Shown here: positions 10,397-22,300 of the stretch, one piece after another
How positions within the stretch are numbered: the first letter of the stretch is position 1
Layout of the letters: each line of letters opens with the position of its first letter
Source of the DNA: Amoebophrya sp. A120
Taxonomy: Eukaryota > Protista > Dinoflagellata
Reading direction: 5' to 3'
Length of the DNA: 64,000 nucleotides
Assembly: GCA_905178155.1 (NCBI GenBank)
Contig: CAJINV010000001.1
Location: 11,577,832-11,641,831, forward strand
Position numbers and translations under genes: made by a program
Notes under the pieces: model-generated
The model's input: only the letters and a program-made list of their open reading frames with translations
What the model was told of the DNA's origin: nothing
Databases searched by the model: none

Positions 10397-11521
10397 TCAT
10401 AGCTGTGCGGCCAGGGCCCAACTGGGAACTTGCGCGGTCTTCGGGATCCCTTCCACGGACAGGAACCGCAGCTGCTGGCGCGGAATGAACGGTCGCGGAG
10501 GCGCTCGCGGATCCGGCGGACTTCGCACCCCGTCTAGAAATTGGGAAAACTTATCTTCCTCCTCCGCTACCGGTGCCCCGCCATTGTTGATTTCCTCCGC
10601 CCGCAGCGGATTCTGCTCCGCCACGACCTCAGCCTTGCGAACTTCGGAGAGAATGGACAAAGGGGGCCGCGGCTTTTGCGGCTTGCTTGGCGCCAGTTTT
10701 CCCGACAGCTCCGCCTCGATGGCGTCACTTTCCCGGTCGGTCTTTGGAGCGGCCTCCGCTGGCTTTACCCACTCCAGCCCGCACTCCCGCACCAGCGCTA
10801 GGTGTTTCGCGCTGCCCGGCTTCGGAAAGTTGTTCGGGTCGAGGGGCTGCACGCACTCTGGATTCTCCCGGAGTTTTGCGCTGGGAAAACACAGCGGCTC
10901 ATCCTTCGGCATCGCGGAAAAGAACGTTTGGTAGGCGACGAACTGCTGGTCTCCAGGCGTATCGTAGTGGGTCAAAAAGTTCCGACCCGTGTCCAGTGTC
11001 CAGTTCTTGGGGCACTTCCCGCTGATCGGCTCCGTCTGCCCGTTGCCCTGGCCGACACACACCCACTGTACGCCGCACTTTACACTGTATTGCTCCATTT
11101 TCTGCGCCGCTACCTCCGCCCACTCCTCTTTGAACTTGGTCATGGGTAGCGCCCGGTACCACGACATTTGCAGCCCGGACGGATCTGCGGCTGCCATAGC
11201 ACCCCGCTGCTCAGAGTCCATGGCTTGCTTCTCCTGGTCGTTCGGAGGTCGGTACTCACTGTAGACAGGGGTGGAGAAGGTTTCGATGCGCCGGCAGGGG
11301 CCGTCGTAGTCGTGGCCCGCGAAGCAGTAGCCCTGCGAAAACGACCACCCCGCAGGGCACCGCAACTCGGGAGTCGCGATGGCAGCTGGGTCCGACACCT
11401 TAACACACCCCTTCCGCGCGGTTGGCAAAGGCGTTGGCAGGAAGTATCGCACCCTGCGCGGCATCTGAAATAGGTCTGCAGCGATGGCATCACGGTACAC
11501 TTGCTCGGTAACGGGGTTCAT
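10397..11521 (-). CDS. CPW-WPC domain protein (two degenerate repeats)
   Basis: CPAGW..GYCFAGHDYDGPC...YSVKCGVQWVC and CPKNW...LCFPS...ECGLEW match the alveolate CPW-WPC pattern. Both ends may be spliced. Confidence 0.75.
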   Translation of the reverse strand: MNPVTEQVYRDAIAADLFQMPRRVRYFLPTPLPTARKGCVKVSDPAAIATPELRCPAGWSFSQGYCFAGHDYDGPCRRIETFSTPVYSEYRPPNDQEKQAMDSEQRGAMAAADPSGLQMSWYRALPMTKFKEEWAEVAAQKMEQYSVKCGVQWVCVGQGNGQTEPISGKCPKNWTLDTGRNFLTHYDTPGDQQFVAYQTFFSAMPKDEPLCFPSAKLRENPECVQPLDPNNFPKPGSAKHLALVRECGLEWVKPAEAAPKTDRESDAIEAELSGKLAPSKPQKPRPPLSILSEVRKAEVVAEQNPLRAEEINNGGAPVAEEEDKFSQFLDGVRSPPDPRAPPRPFIPRQQLRFLSVEGIPKTAQVPSWALAAQL

Positions 11522-12249
11522 CTTGAATGTGCTTCAAGAAAAAACAAGGAATACATCTAAGAGTCTACGCAAGACGAGAGTTTGTCTTTTAATTTATGGT
11601 CGCAGATGACAAGAACACCAACGCGACTGAGTTTGGGTAGAGGCGCTTCTAGTACGAACACGCACATTCGACTCTCTCAAAGTCCTAACGACTCACTGCA
11701 TGGTCGAACTTCAAAGCGAACCCATATGACGATTCGTTCTGGCTCAGTCCTCCGATTTTATCTCTTGATACTTTTGTGCATTCAGGAAGAAGGCTCATAG
11801 TCGTGACGAGTCCGAAAACACGTCATCAAATGCGGAACTGCGTAGCTCCATTGCTACTTCCCAACTTTTAGTCTGTGAAGACTCGGCTACATCTTCAGTC
11901 ACAGCGACAGTGCCTTCACGTTCACTATCAGTTGCATACAATCTTTGTCTTTCTTTGAAACCACGTCGTCTGCACACGTCTAATAAATTTCCGGTTTAAA
12001 ATCTTAGGGTTAGGACCTGCAAGAGAGATAAAGCATAGCCGCGGCGTAATTCGCGCGGCCGCTAAATGCAAAAAAGAAAAGATCCAGCTCCCTCCGAATA
12101 TTTTTCAGTTTCTGCTTGGAAGATAATTTTAGCATTTGGCAAAAATTCAAGAAACTGTTGCTCGTCTTGCCGCTACTAGCTTTTGACAAGGTACGAATTC
12201 ATTGGCTCTTCTCCTACTGAAAAGCCGGGCGGTCGCAGGAAAAACTACT

Positions 12250-13583
12250 TTACTCCACCGCTGATCCGGGCAGAATGTTTTTCCCGTACGCCTGCACGGT
12301 GTTTTGTAGCAGCATCGCAACAGTCATGGGTCCCACACCCCCGGGAACCGGCGTGATCCAGCGAGCGCGCTCCTTTGCAGTGTCAAATTCGACGTCACCG
12401 ACCAGTTTGCCAGTGGCTTCCACGCGGTTAATGCCAACGTCAATGACGATGGCGCCGTCACGAATCCACTCACCTTTCACGATGCCGGGCTTGCCCACCG
12501 CCACAATTACGCACTCCGCTTCACGGACGAAAGTTTCCAAATCTGTTTCACTTTCAACAGTATTGATTTTTCACGTGGTTGTCGCTCGCATCTAAAATCA
12601 GATTTTCTACCCGAAGGCGCAGATTCCAATACGACAAAAAGTTCTACTTACCTTCCGGCTTTGTGAACTTATGCGCGACCGAGACCGAGCAGCCATTGAG
12701 CAGGAGTTCCATCACCATCGGACGCCCTACGTGGTTCGAAGCGCCCACCACGAGGCAACGAAGCCCATAAGGGTTGACCCCGGTGGACCAGATGAGGTGC
12801 ATCACGCCGAAGGGGGTGCACGGCCGCAGCCCGGGCTCGCGGGCCATTAGAAGCCCCAAGTTCTCCGGGTGAAACCCGTCCACGTCCTTCTTCGGAGAAA
12901 TGCGGTGCAATAAGTCGCTCTGAATCGCTCGCAACTCGGCTGTCGGGAGAGGCAGCTGGACCTGAAAAAATAGAAAAGGACTCGCTGCATGTCGTAAAAA
13001 GTTGCGGCCCGAACAAGGAGGTTTTGTGTGCAAGGCTATTGAGATCATTGAAGTCACGACTTCGCTGCACCATTCCGAAACTGCTCGATGAACAAGCTCG
13101 TACCAAGATTCCGTCGCATTTGTCGTCCTTGTTGAGCTTGTCAACAAGGTCCAGCAGTTCCTGCGGTGTGGTCTCCGCCGGCAAACGCATCAGAGTGCTG
13201 TCAATGCAAACCTCGTCACAGGCTTTTTGCTTCCGGGAAACGTAGACCTTGCTTGCAGGATCTTCGCCTACCAGGACAACGGTTAAGCCCGGAGGCCGCG
13301 GGTCTTCAACAGTGCCCGCGCTTAAGGACCGCACACCCTCCTGAACTTCGACTATCTTCGCGGCTAGCGCCTTGCGAATCCCGGCGGAAATCGCTTTTCC
13401 ATCGATCAAGTGGCCGCGAACACCATCGTCCGGCGGATTCGGGCCGTAGTTGCTCTTTTTGTAGTAGGAAGCCACGTCCCTCTCGTTTCCCACTCGGCCA
13501 AAAGGGCTCACGCTAGAGGACGAAGACGCGACTCCGCCGGCCTCGCCGACGGAGGAAGAAGAAGAAGACAGTACTTCGGGCAT
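12250..13583 (-). CDS. folD: bifunctional methylenetetrahydrofolate dehydrogenase/cyclohydrolase; exons 13583-13104, 12961-12652, 12542-12250
   Basis: Motifs [53 protein letters not shown] and [17 protein letters not shown]. Two canonical GT-AG introns restore the frame. Confidence 0.95.
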
Positions 13584-14500
13584 GTTCCTTTACCTTTAGT
13601 TGCAGAGGTCGTGTATATATCCCCGTCGCCCTCTAGTTGTCACGCAGACAAACTGCTTCTCTTTGTCTTTCACGAAACTGAACCGAAGACAAATTGCAAA
13701 CCACGTGCTTGCGAACGAACGCAAAACGCTTCTCTCTTGACCTACAATGCTTATTTGCTCGCCTTGCGACGACCGCCCCCTGGTTACGCATGGAAATTGA
13801 TTGTTTGTTCGCATCGCGGGTTCCAACTCGACTTCGATTTTTAGTGGTAGGTTTATGTATGTGGACGACCACAGAAGTAAAGCAGAAAACGCTACGCGGC
13901 AAGACCGAGAGGAACATCAAATTTCGTCTTGCAAAGACAAGAAGAAGCGTATGGTTTAGGAAAGCACAGCATTTAGTACTCAACCTTTAACTTTTTTCAT
14001 ATGCGTAAATTCCAAGGCGGAAAGCGAAAATATCTACGGAGAGCGTATTTTTCGATCGATGGATGGATGTATTCTCGATCTCAAATATTGATGCTCTATT
14101 TGGCTGCGCGTAAACGAATGGACACCGAAGTTCTGGGTCTCGTACATTTTTGGCAAAAATGCAGACATCCTCGTCTACATCGGAAGCTCCCTGGCCGGCT
14201 CTCCTCGGTCAATCCGCGCTGCCCAGTATTCCCCGCCCTTAGCCTGCTATCGGGCAAAAAAACTGGCTCACTGCGAAGCTTCCAGATCCAGTTTCACGCA
14301 ATAATTATCTCTCTCCCGCATAAAAGTGCTGTTTCGCCTGACAATCCACTGCCACCTGCTAGTACATTTTGATTTTCAGAAAAGGAACGAGCCTATAATG
14401 CACTTTCAGCAACACTGTTGCACAACTTCAGAGTCAGACACATGCTTATTTGCAAAGGAAATTCCGAACATTAGCTGCAGCAAAGCAGTTTTTTCTTCTT

Positions 14501-17500
14501 TCATAGCTTCCGTTTCAGGTATTCCCCCTTTTCCAGCCGCGGACGCGACAGCAGCCCCTTGTACGCCAGCGTTTTGAAGTTGTCCTTTCTGGCCGACTGC
14601 GCCGCCGTCGCTTGTCCCGCGCGGCGGCCGTCCCGCGCTTCCCGCAGTTTGTATTCGGACATTTCCGCATCCAGCACGAGTCGATCCCTTTCTACCCGCT
14701 CGAACACGACGGTTTTGTTCAGGTCAATGAATTTCTGTTATCCTGTGCAAAAATATCGTACTAGTACAAATTGCATTACAAATTCCCCCAGCATTACAAA
14801 TTGAATTTGTAATGCTGAGTTACCTTGGGAAAGAGAGATTTGTAATGCATAAATGCAATTACTACGAGTGCGATACTTTTGCACAGGATATCTGTACCCA
14901 CTCGTGGATTTCCAACACGTGCCGGCCGACCTTCGCTAAGCGGCCGCTCAGTGCCGGGCTGGGGAAGACGTGCTGTGCGTGCATCTGTTTCAGGACAGAA
15001 CAACACCGTCTACTGGACTGCGTCAGAACACTGTTCTCCAGCGCCAGATGGTACATCGAAGAGACCTTTTCCCGTGCAAGCTCGGGAACACCAGGAGAAC
15101 AGCAGGTCAGCACGCCCGGTGGTCCTCTTTGATCTTCGCTTGTCATCGTCGCGGTTGTAGTACTATCATGATGTGGTACTGTACTAGCAAGATAGTCCGC
15201 ACACACCTCGTGCTCCATCGCGAGGTCCCAGAGGCTGAAAAAGCGCGCAACGTCCTTTTTTACGTGGAACATCTCCAGTAGAATGCGGTAGGTGTCGAAC
15301 TTCGGCTGCGCGCCAAACGCGCTGTACTCGTGGAGCATGTCAATCGCGTACCCGTCAAAGCCGCCCGACACGTACACCGTCAGGACTGCATCGAGCAGGG
15401 CCGTACTCATCTCCACCTTCCGCTCCTTCGCCTGTTGCACGATCATCCACGCCTGTCGCAAATTCAGCATGCGCTCCTTGAGGGGAAGTAGTCGGGGTTC
15501 CAGGTGGTGTCGCTGTGCGCTGGTCGGTCCGGAGCTCATCGCGGATCGCTGTGCTGGCAGTAGAATTGGGGCCAGGGCGCCCTGCTCGAGTTTCTGCTGC
15601 GTAAGCGAAACTTGCCGCTTGCTTCTCGCGCTTGACGTTCTTGCGCCCGGAACCTCGACATACATGGCGCGGGCGAAAACCTTCAGCAAGTGCTCGTAGC
15701 ACTTTGGGGTGAGCGTCAAGTCCTTCTTCAGCATTTCCGCTAGCACGTGGTTGGCGCGCAGCTTGCTGTTTTGGAGGTGCGAGGCAGCGAGTAGTAAATC
15801 CTCGTACACTTCGACTGGCACCGGAAAATCCTCGGCCTCCAAGTGCTGCTTGTACTGAAACGCCTTGGCGGCGAAGTCCGGCCGTTTGGCGAGCACGTGG
15901 ATCAGTTCCCGGTACGTAATGTCCGTCGGGTACAAACCACTCGTGCGCAAGTCGTCCAGTAAGTTCAGTGCCCTTTCCGCCTCCTCGTTGCAGCCACAGG
16001 CTTTGATCATGACGGTGAAGAGCACTTCGTCCGGCTGCAGGTTCTGCCAGGTGCGGAGAGACTGGAACTTCTCAAACGCTTTCGCAATCTGGCCCTGTTT
16101 CACCATTCCGTCGATCAAAATCGTCCAGTGGACGAGGTTGGGGCCGAGGTCCGGCCACTCCTCCTCCATCTTGTGCAGCCAGGCTTCCGCCATCTCCAGC
16201 TCGTTGCAGGCACAGTGCACGTGCATCAATGCACCAAAAACCTTGGATGTGGGAGAAATCAAGTCGTTCCGCATGTGCAAGTACAGGGCGCGGGCTCGCG
16301 CTGCCTTAAGGGGAAGTTGTAGCGCATCTGACTCTACTGGCGGGCTCGGTTGCTCGGTCGGCTGATTTTCCGACAGGCTCGCAGCTCTGGACAAAGGGCC
16401 AGCTGCACCCTGTGCAGCACCGTGCTGTGCCTCTGCTTCTTCCTCTCCACAAGCCTGATCCACCACGGCTACTGGGTTTGGCAAAGCGGGGCCAAGCCCG
16501 TCCTCCTGCAGCACGGAAAGGATCAAGCTGGTGAACATATTCATATTCGCATCCACCGAGAAGCCGTACGCTTTGATTTGGTCGTGCAGCGCGTAGGCTT
16601 CTACCACCCGGTTTTGTACCACCAGGCTTCGCATAAGAGTTTGCAGGTTTTCTGTGGTGGCGCGGTTCTCCGCTACCAGTGTGGAAAAGTCATCCGCAAA
16701 ATTCCGCAGCGCTCGATTCTTTTCCACTTTTTCCAGACCCGCAGAGAAACTGCCCTTCACCGCGGCGCCGAGACTGTCGAGGAGATCTGGATCGATGCCG
16801 GTTTTTTCATATTGCACAGCAGTTTCCCGGAGCTGCTGGATGAGAAGCCGACCCGCGTCGCTTTCGCGGCCCGGAGGCGCGGGTGCTTGTTCTTGTGCGC
16901 CCGCAGTAGAAGAGCAGCTTGCCGTTGGGTTTTTTCCGCAGCTAGAAGCACGACCAGTAGAACCTGCGCTGCCGATTTCCTGATTATTTTCCGCCTCTCC
17001 TACATCTTCTGTGCCATCAGGGGTAGTACAACCACTAGCATCGTCATTCTGGCGCATCGTCAAGACATCAAGCACGCCGCGCTGCGGCGAGCCTTTGTGC
17101 GGTAGAGGACGCTGTGGGTCGGGCAGCTGGCTTCGTTCCTTACAACTTGTTCCCGGTGCTTTGTCAGGAGCAGCATGTGACGCTCTTGTTCGTTCCTCTC
17201 GCACAAGATCGAGCTCTTTCGAAAACGACAGGGGGTTATTCGTTGGCCCACTGCTCGACGAGGCGGTGGCAGACGAAGCTGAACTTTTCTCCTCTGATGC
17301 CCTCCTGCCGCGATCTGAAACTCTGCCTAGATCCATCAGGGTATCTTCTCCACCGTGTTTCGTCGCTCCTGCTTGTTCACCTTCGCCAACAGCCTGATCA
17401 GCGCTGGACCTTTTCCCAGCGACCAGGCCGCCCCAGACGATGGGGCACTTCGGTTTTCGCTTTGGGCGTTTGATTCGCCAAAACGGGGTGTCAGCTGTGA

Positions 17501-17870
17501 TATGCTCCTTGCCATCTCCCTTCTGCGTGACCCGCGTTTGCGCAATGTTCTGCAGAACTTCCGCCTTTTCCGGTAGCAGAGACGGGGCAGGCTGCGTCAG
17601 GTCCGCCACACTCATCGGCGGCCCGTGCCGGATATATAGCCAGTATTTCCGCGGCAGCGGCGCGACCGGGCGCACGCTCGACCGGCGCTTGGACTTGGAG
17701 GACGCAACGGATGTGTGAATAGAAGACGAGGAGGAGGAAGCAGAAGAACCGGAAAGCTGCTGGAGCGCGGACTCTTCGAAAGATGTGGTAGCACTATTTT
17801 CAAAAATGGGAAGGAGATCCGAACCCGCAGCCCGAAGGCGCGTAGGACGTGAAGAGGAAACTAGGCGCAT
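14501..17870 (-). CDS. pentatricopeptide-repeat (PPR) protein, interrupted near its 3' end by an introner; start at ATG 17870 or upstream (ORF open to 18041)
   Basis: Tandem 35-aa PPR motifs (PNLVHWTILIDGMVKQG, PDEVLFTVMIKACG, PTDITYRELIHVLA). Removing 14739-14895 joins ...HEWVQ to KFIDLNKTVVFERV... in frame with ORF 14501-14707. Confidence 0.9.
14739..14890. mobile_element. MITE-like introner, family B copy 2 (152 bp, TIRs, 5-bp TSD TCTGT), inverted relative to copy 1
   Basis: TATCCTGTGCAAAAATATCGTACT ... AGTGCGATACTTTTGCACAGGATA, with TCTGT at 14734-14738 and 14891-14895. Its reverse complement matches the first 57 nt of 2963-3111 exactly. Confidence 0.92.
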
Positions 17871-18345
17871 TTTCTTTGTGACTACGTCTACATCAATATC
17901 GACCTGGGGATGGCAGCGGAGAACTTCTGTACTTAATCCACCATGTATACAAGTGAACCAGCAGAAAACCACGAAAGAATGAACGTGATCGAGCAGCAGG
18001 TGCAGCAGCAGGTCTTTGTGACTGTGCCGAAGCGATGGCACTCACAATTGTATGAGGCGAAGTGAGGAAGGAGCCGCAACCGGTGCTGTGGTCCTTCCTG
18101 GCACGACAGGACAAACAGAAACACTACAAAGTTGAGGAGCGTCCATTACACTACGGCTCTGACGTAAAACAAGCCCAGGTGATCATCGATCACGCTGTTC
18201 TTGTCGTTGTCGTTCTTCATGATTATGTGTCTCAGCCAACAAAGTAGAGGGCAGACGTTTCCATACTCATCATCATCGGGATGCCTCTTCGCTGGGTACC
18301 AACTCGGCGCCAAAGTAAGTAATTCCTTCTCTGGGCAGAAAGGCG

Positions 18346-18843
18346 TCATGAAATATCGATGTCATCTCCGCTTATACCTGTCGGGGTTTGATGCGTTTTC
18401 GAAGATCTGGTAGTCGTGCTGGTGGCAGCTCTTCTTTCATCTGACTCATTCCAAGGACCCCCTCGATTTCCTGCTAGACCGAGTCCGCCAACTGCCGTGG
18501 CCGCTGCGTCTGCTCTTCCAGTTGGTAGCTGGCCCTCCTGAGTTGCTGCTGCATTATTGTGTGGCGGCTGTCGAAACTCGCCGTCAACTCCTGGTACAAA
18601 CAGGTCATCCGTGCTTATTCCTCGCTCGCGCGCTACCTTGAGGACCTCCTCTTGCAAAAGCAGAAACCGCTCATGCCGCCGAACGGCACCGTCCTGGTAC
18701 GCCCAGCGCACAAACATCGTGGTGCTTAAGCCGACAAAAATGACAAACAGCAACCACAAAACCGTCTCCACGAAACCCTCCTCGTCCTCAAACTGCTTGC
18801 TCTGCTGCTCCAGATGGCGAAACGGGTACGGGTAGACCGGCAT
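18346..18843 (-). CDS. small single-pass membrane protein, unknown function
   Basis: GC-rich 165-aa ORF with hydrophobic segment VLWLLFVIFVGLSTTMFV. An upstream exon is possible. Confidence 0.6.
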   Translation of the reverse strand: MPVYPYPFRHLEQQSKQFEDEEGFVETVLWLLFVIFVGLSTTMFVRWAYQDGAVRRHERFLLLQEEVLKVARERGISTDDLFVPGVDGEFRQPPHNNAAATQEGQLPTGRADAAATAVGGLGLAGNRGGPWNESDERRAATSTTTRSSKTHQTPTGISGDDIDIS

Positions 18844-19387
18844 TGGCGATTCTACTTTTACTGCTACAACTGCATCTGCATCACAGCGGCCTGAACTTCA
18901 AAAAAACAAGCGGAAATTTTAGGAACACACGGAACGGGTTCACGATAGCAGGTAGTTTAGGTAGTGAGAACTTGTTTCGCAAGAACGCACAATAACTAAC
19001 CGAGGCGGTAGGCCGATTGTGCTTTGAGACCACGAGAACGAGAACCATCATCAAGATACACCGGACCGAAGGAAAGACTAGACCCCTCCTACGTACCTGA
19101 CCCTGAGCACGTGAGCAGAAACCGTGATAGTACCGAACATCGTATTCATTCTGCGTTTCAGAAACAACGCCTGGAGAAAAGTGCTGCTGCTGGCGACACT
19201 TTAATTATTTTCAGAAAAAAAACCTTTTGATGTTCAACATCTTATTTAAGTTCTTTACTCGTCAAAGATGTCTTCTTGCTACATTTACTGTACAAACTCG
19301 TCGACAAGTATGTCCGCAACTGTGATGCGGACACATAAGCCGAGGACGACCAATCGTTCACATTTTTGAGCAACTTTCATCAAGACT

Positions 19388-22300
19388 TTACAGCGCGTTG
19401 TTGATAGTGTCCCTCAAGTTGAGGTCGTTGCCCGCTTCCGCCGAGAGTACGGTTCGTCGCTGAGTCCCACTACCTTCATCGTCCTCGTCGTCCTCAGGAT
19501 CTGGACGGAGCGGTACTATTCCTTTCGTGCCTGAAGTTTTCGCCGACGCAACACGGTGCGTGATGTCATCGTCGTCATCGCCCGAGAAAAATTCGTCGTC
19601 GTGCAGGTGTCCGTGGATCTTTTTGGTGTCATCTTCGTCCGAGATAATGTCCCGACCCCTGTCGACGTGCAAGCCGATGTGGTCGCCATGAGCGCCGGTT
19701 GTGGCCAGCAAAGCATCATGTTGCTCCTTGTTCGTTTTCCGCGGCGGCAAGATTGCCGGTCGGGGCACCAGGCGACACACGGCGAGCAAATCTGTGAAGA
19801 CCAGCTCCTTGTCCGTGCTCATCTTCAGACTCACGCTCCACGCGAGCCGGTGCGCTTCCCCGATGCTGATCTCGAGCGCCTTCGCGAGGTCTTTCGCGTG
19901 CAGGTGCTGGTGGTCGAGCGGCACGCGTTCCCGACCTGCGTCCTGCTCTTGGCTGAGCCGGAGACCATTGCCCTCGATTTTGTCGAACACGTCATCGCCG
20001 AAGCCGTCCTGGTTGGTGTGCGTGAAGCGTTCCACCTCCTCTTCGAGTTCCTTCGAATTTTGCCGCAACAGGTTCCCGTCCTCGGACTCTAGTGTCGCGA
20101 TGGTACGGCTGGAGGCGAAGTGGTGCCTCTTGCCGCACTTCGCGCTCAACCGCCGCCAGGACCGCACAAGCTCCATGTACGGATGGTGATCGGCCGCGAC
20201 GTGCGAGAACATCTTGAACACCTCCGCTTCGTTCAAGTGCCCGGTCTTGGACTCGTCGAAAATCTCGATCAGGCGGTTAAACTTCGAGGGGGTGAGCACC
20301 AGCTTGAATTCGGTCTTCAGGGCCTGGCGCAGCGTGGCGTGGGAGAAACCGCCCACGTGGGAAAGCGGTAACTGCATCAAAATTTCCCGCAGCTTCAGCT
20401 CGGCATTCACCGGTAGGGGGAGCATCCAGAGTCGCTCCGCGTAGGTAATGACCGCTTCCAGCCCGAGTCTAGGGACGCCACTGTTTTCGTGCAGACTCGC
20501 TTCCTTCATCATGTCGGAAGGATCCAAGAACAACCCGGCCTCGCAGAACACCACGGGGAGCAGCTTTGGGGGCAACAAGTGCGCCGTGTCTTCACCGTGT
20601 GCTTTGTCCACCGCCTCGTGGTCGTCTTCGCCCGTCGCGCCGAGCCTCGCGATTTGTTTCCGGTGCAACACGTGCTCGAACGCCCGCTCGATCTCCAGAC
20701 GGATCAGGGGCGGCAGCGTGTATTCGTCGACCTTGGTCTGCCGGTTTACATCTGCATCGTACACCCCAATTTTTTCCAACGACAAGGCCGTCGCCACCTG
20801 TTGCAGTAACTTGTTCATCTCGACAGAGAGCTCACGGAGCAGGCCCGTGTCCTCGTAGAAAAATTTCTTCAAGTCCAGCTCCCCCCGCGCTTCCCCCTTC
20901 GTCGGCGCGCCTCCGGTTTGCTTCGAGTTTGACGGCGATTTACTTTTCTGCCTGCCCTCATCTTGCCCCGTTACGAAGGCGGTGGGCCGGCTCAGTGCGT
21001 CTTCCTCCACCTCGTTGTTCTCACCCCCGCTTATCCCGGAATCCCGCAAGTGATGATCCTCCCCGCGCCAGTAAGTCGCTTGAAACACGGGCGCCGTTCC
21101 CTTCATCGAGGCCCGAGCGGCTTTCCGCACGGTGGTCGTAGTGTCCACGGAGATCTGCTTCGCCGTGCCGCAGAATTGTTTGATCACCCGCATGTTGCGC
21201 GACTCGTTGTAGTTCGGCTTGGCCGCCATGACGGCGAATCCTCCAGTTTCGAAGGACAGGTCCGTCCGCAGCCGCCCCATCTGCAGGTCGTTCTGGTGGG
21301 CCACGCCGTGCATCAGGCTCTGCGCCATGTACGGGTCCTGGTATTGCATCCGCTCAAAATCTTCCACGGATAACGCGTACACCGTCGCGTCGCTCATCGT
21401 GACGGCGTAGTTCCGCGGTGGGTTGTGGAAATGCACCAGGGAGCCGTGGCCCAGGATCGCCAAGGGAGCGCAGGAGAGCAGCAGCTCGGCCGGGTTTTTT
21501 CCGTTGAAGAGGTCGAGGTCCATGTACAACCCGACGCGGCCGCTGTCAATCACGTACACGTAGTTCCCAAACTTGCCGGGTTCCGCCAGCACGGTGTGTT
21601 TCGGAACCTCGACCAGTTGGAAGTACTCGTGGACCCCCAGCCGCGAACAGATGTCCGGGAACAGCTTCAGAAACGCGTCGTGCTCGACCTGCTTGCGGTA
21701 CGTGTACCGCAACGACTTCAGCCCGGGCATGCGCTCCAGCCACTCGTTCTGCGCTTCCCGGAACACCTCGGCGCACTGGTCTTCGGTGTACGCCAATGCG
21801 GTCCGCACGTCGCGAAAGGTGTCCGAGCCCTCGGTCACCAGACCGCGCCGGTGAATAAAATCCTGCGTCTCCGGAGTCAGACCGCAGAGGATGACCTGGT
21901 TGTGGTTGGAAAATATACTATAACTTTCGAATATACTATAACTTTCGCCCAATCGCACGGCGAGGCAGTATTTCTGCTTTGATGCTGAGTGATGTAGTGG
22001 AGGACACTGTTCATTCATAACAATGAATATTTAGCAAGGTAAAGGGTTCCGACTCCTAGTGTAACCATGCATGATAAAATTGAGAAGACCAAGACATATT
22101 TTTAGTGTACCTCAATGGGAAACCCGGTGAGCTGTCCGTCCTCGCATTTTTTAATGAAGGACTTCAGCTTCTTGCAGGCCGAGATGTCGAAGCCGCGCGA
22201 GTGCTCCAGGTCTAGAATCAAGAAGCGGATTCGCAACCAGTCCGCGTTTTGCTTGTACGCGTCGTTTCTCAGCACCAAGTGCGTGATCATCGCGACGGCG

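Noticed and set aside
11515-11545. Relict dinoflagellate spliced leader before the CPW-WPC ATG (..TTCAAG ATG)
   Set aside because: Only the last few bases match, and the CCGTAGCCATTTTGGC part is absent.
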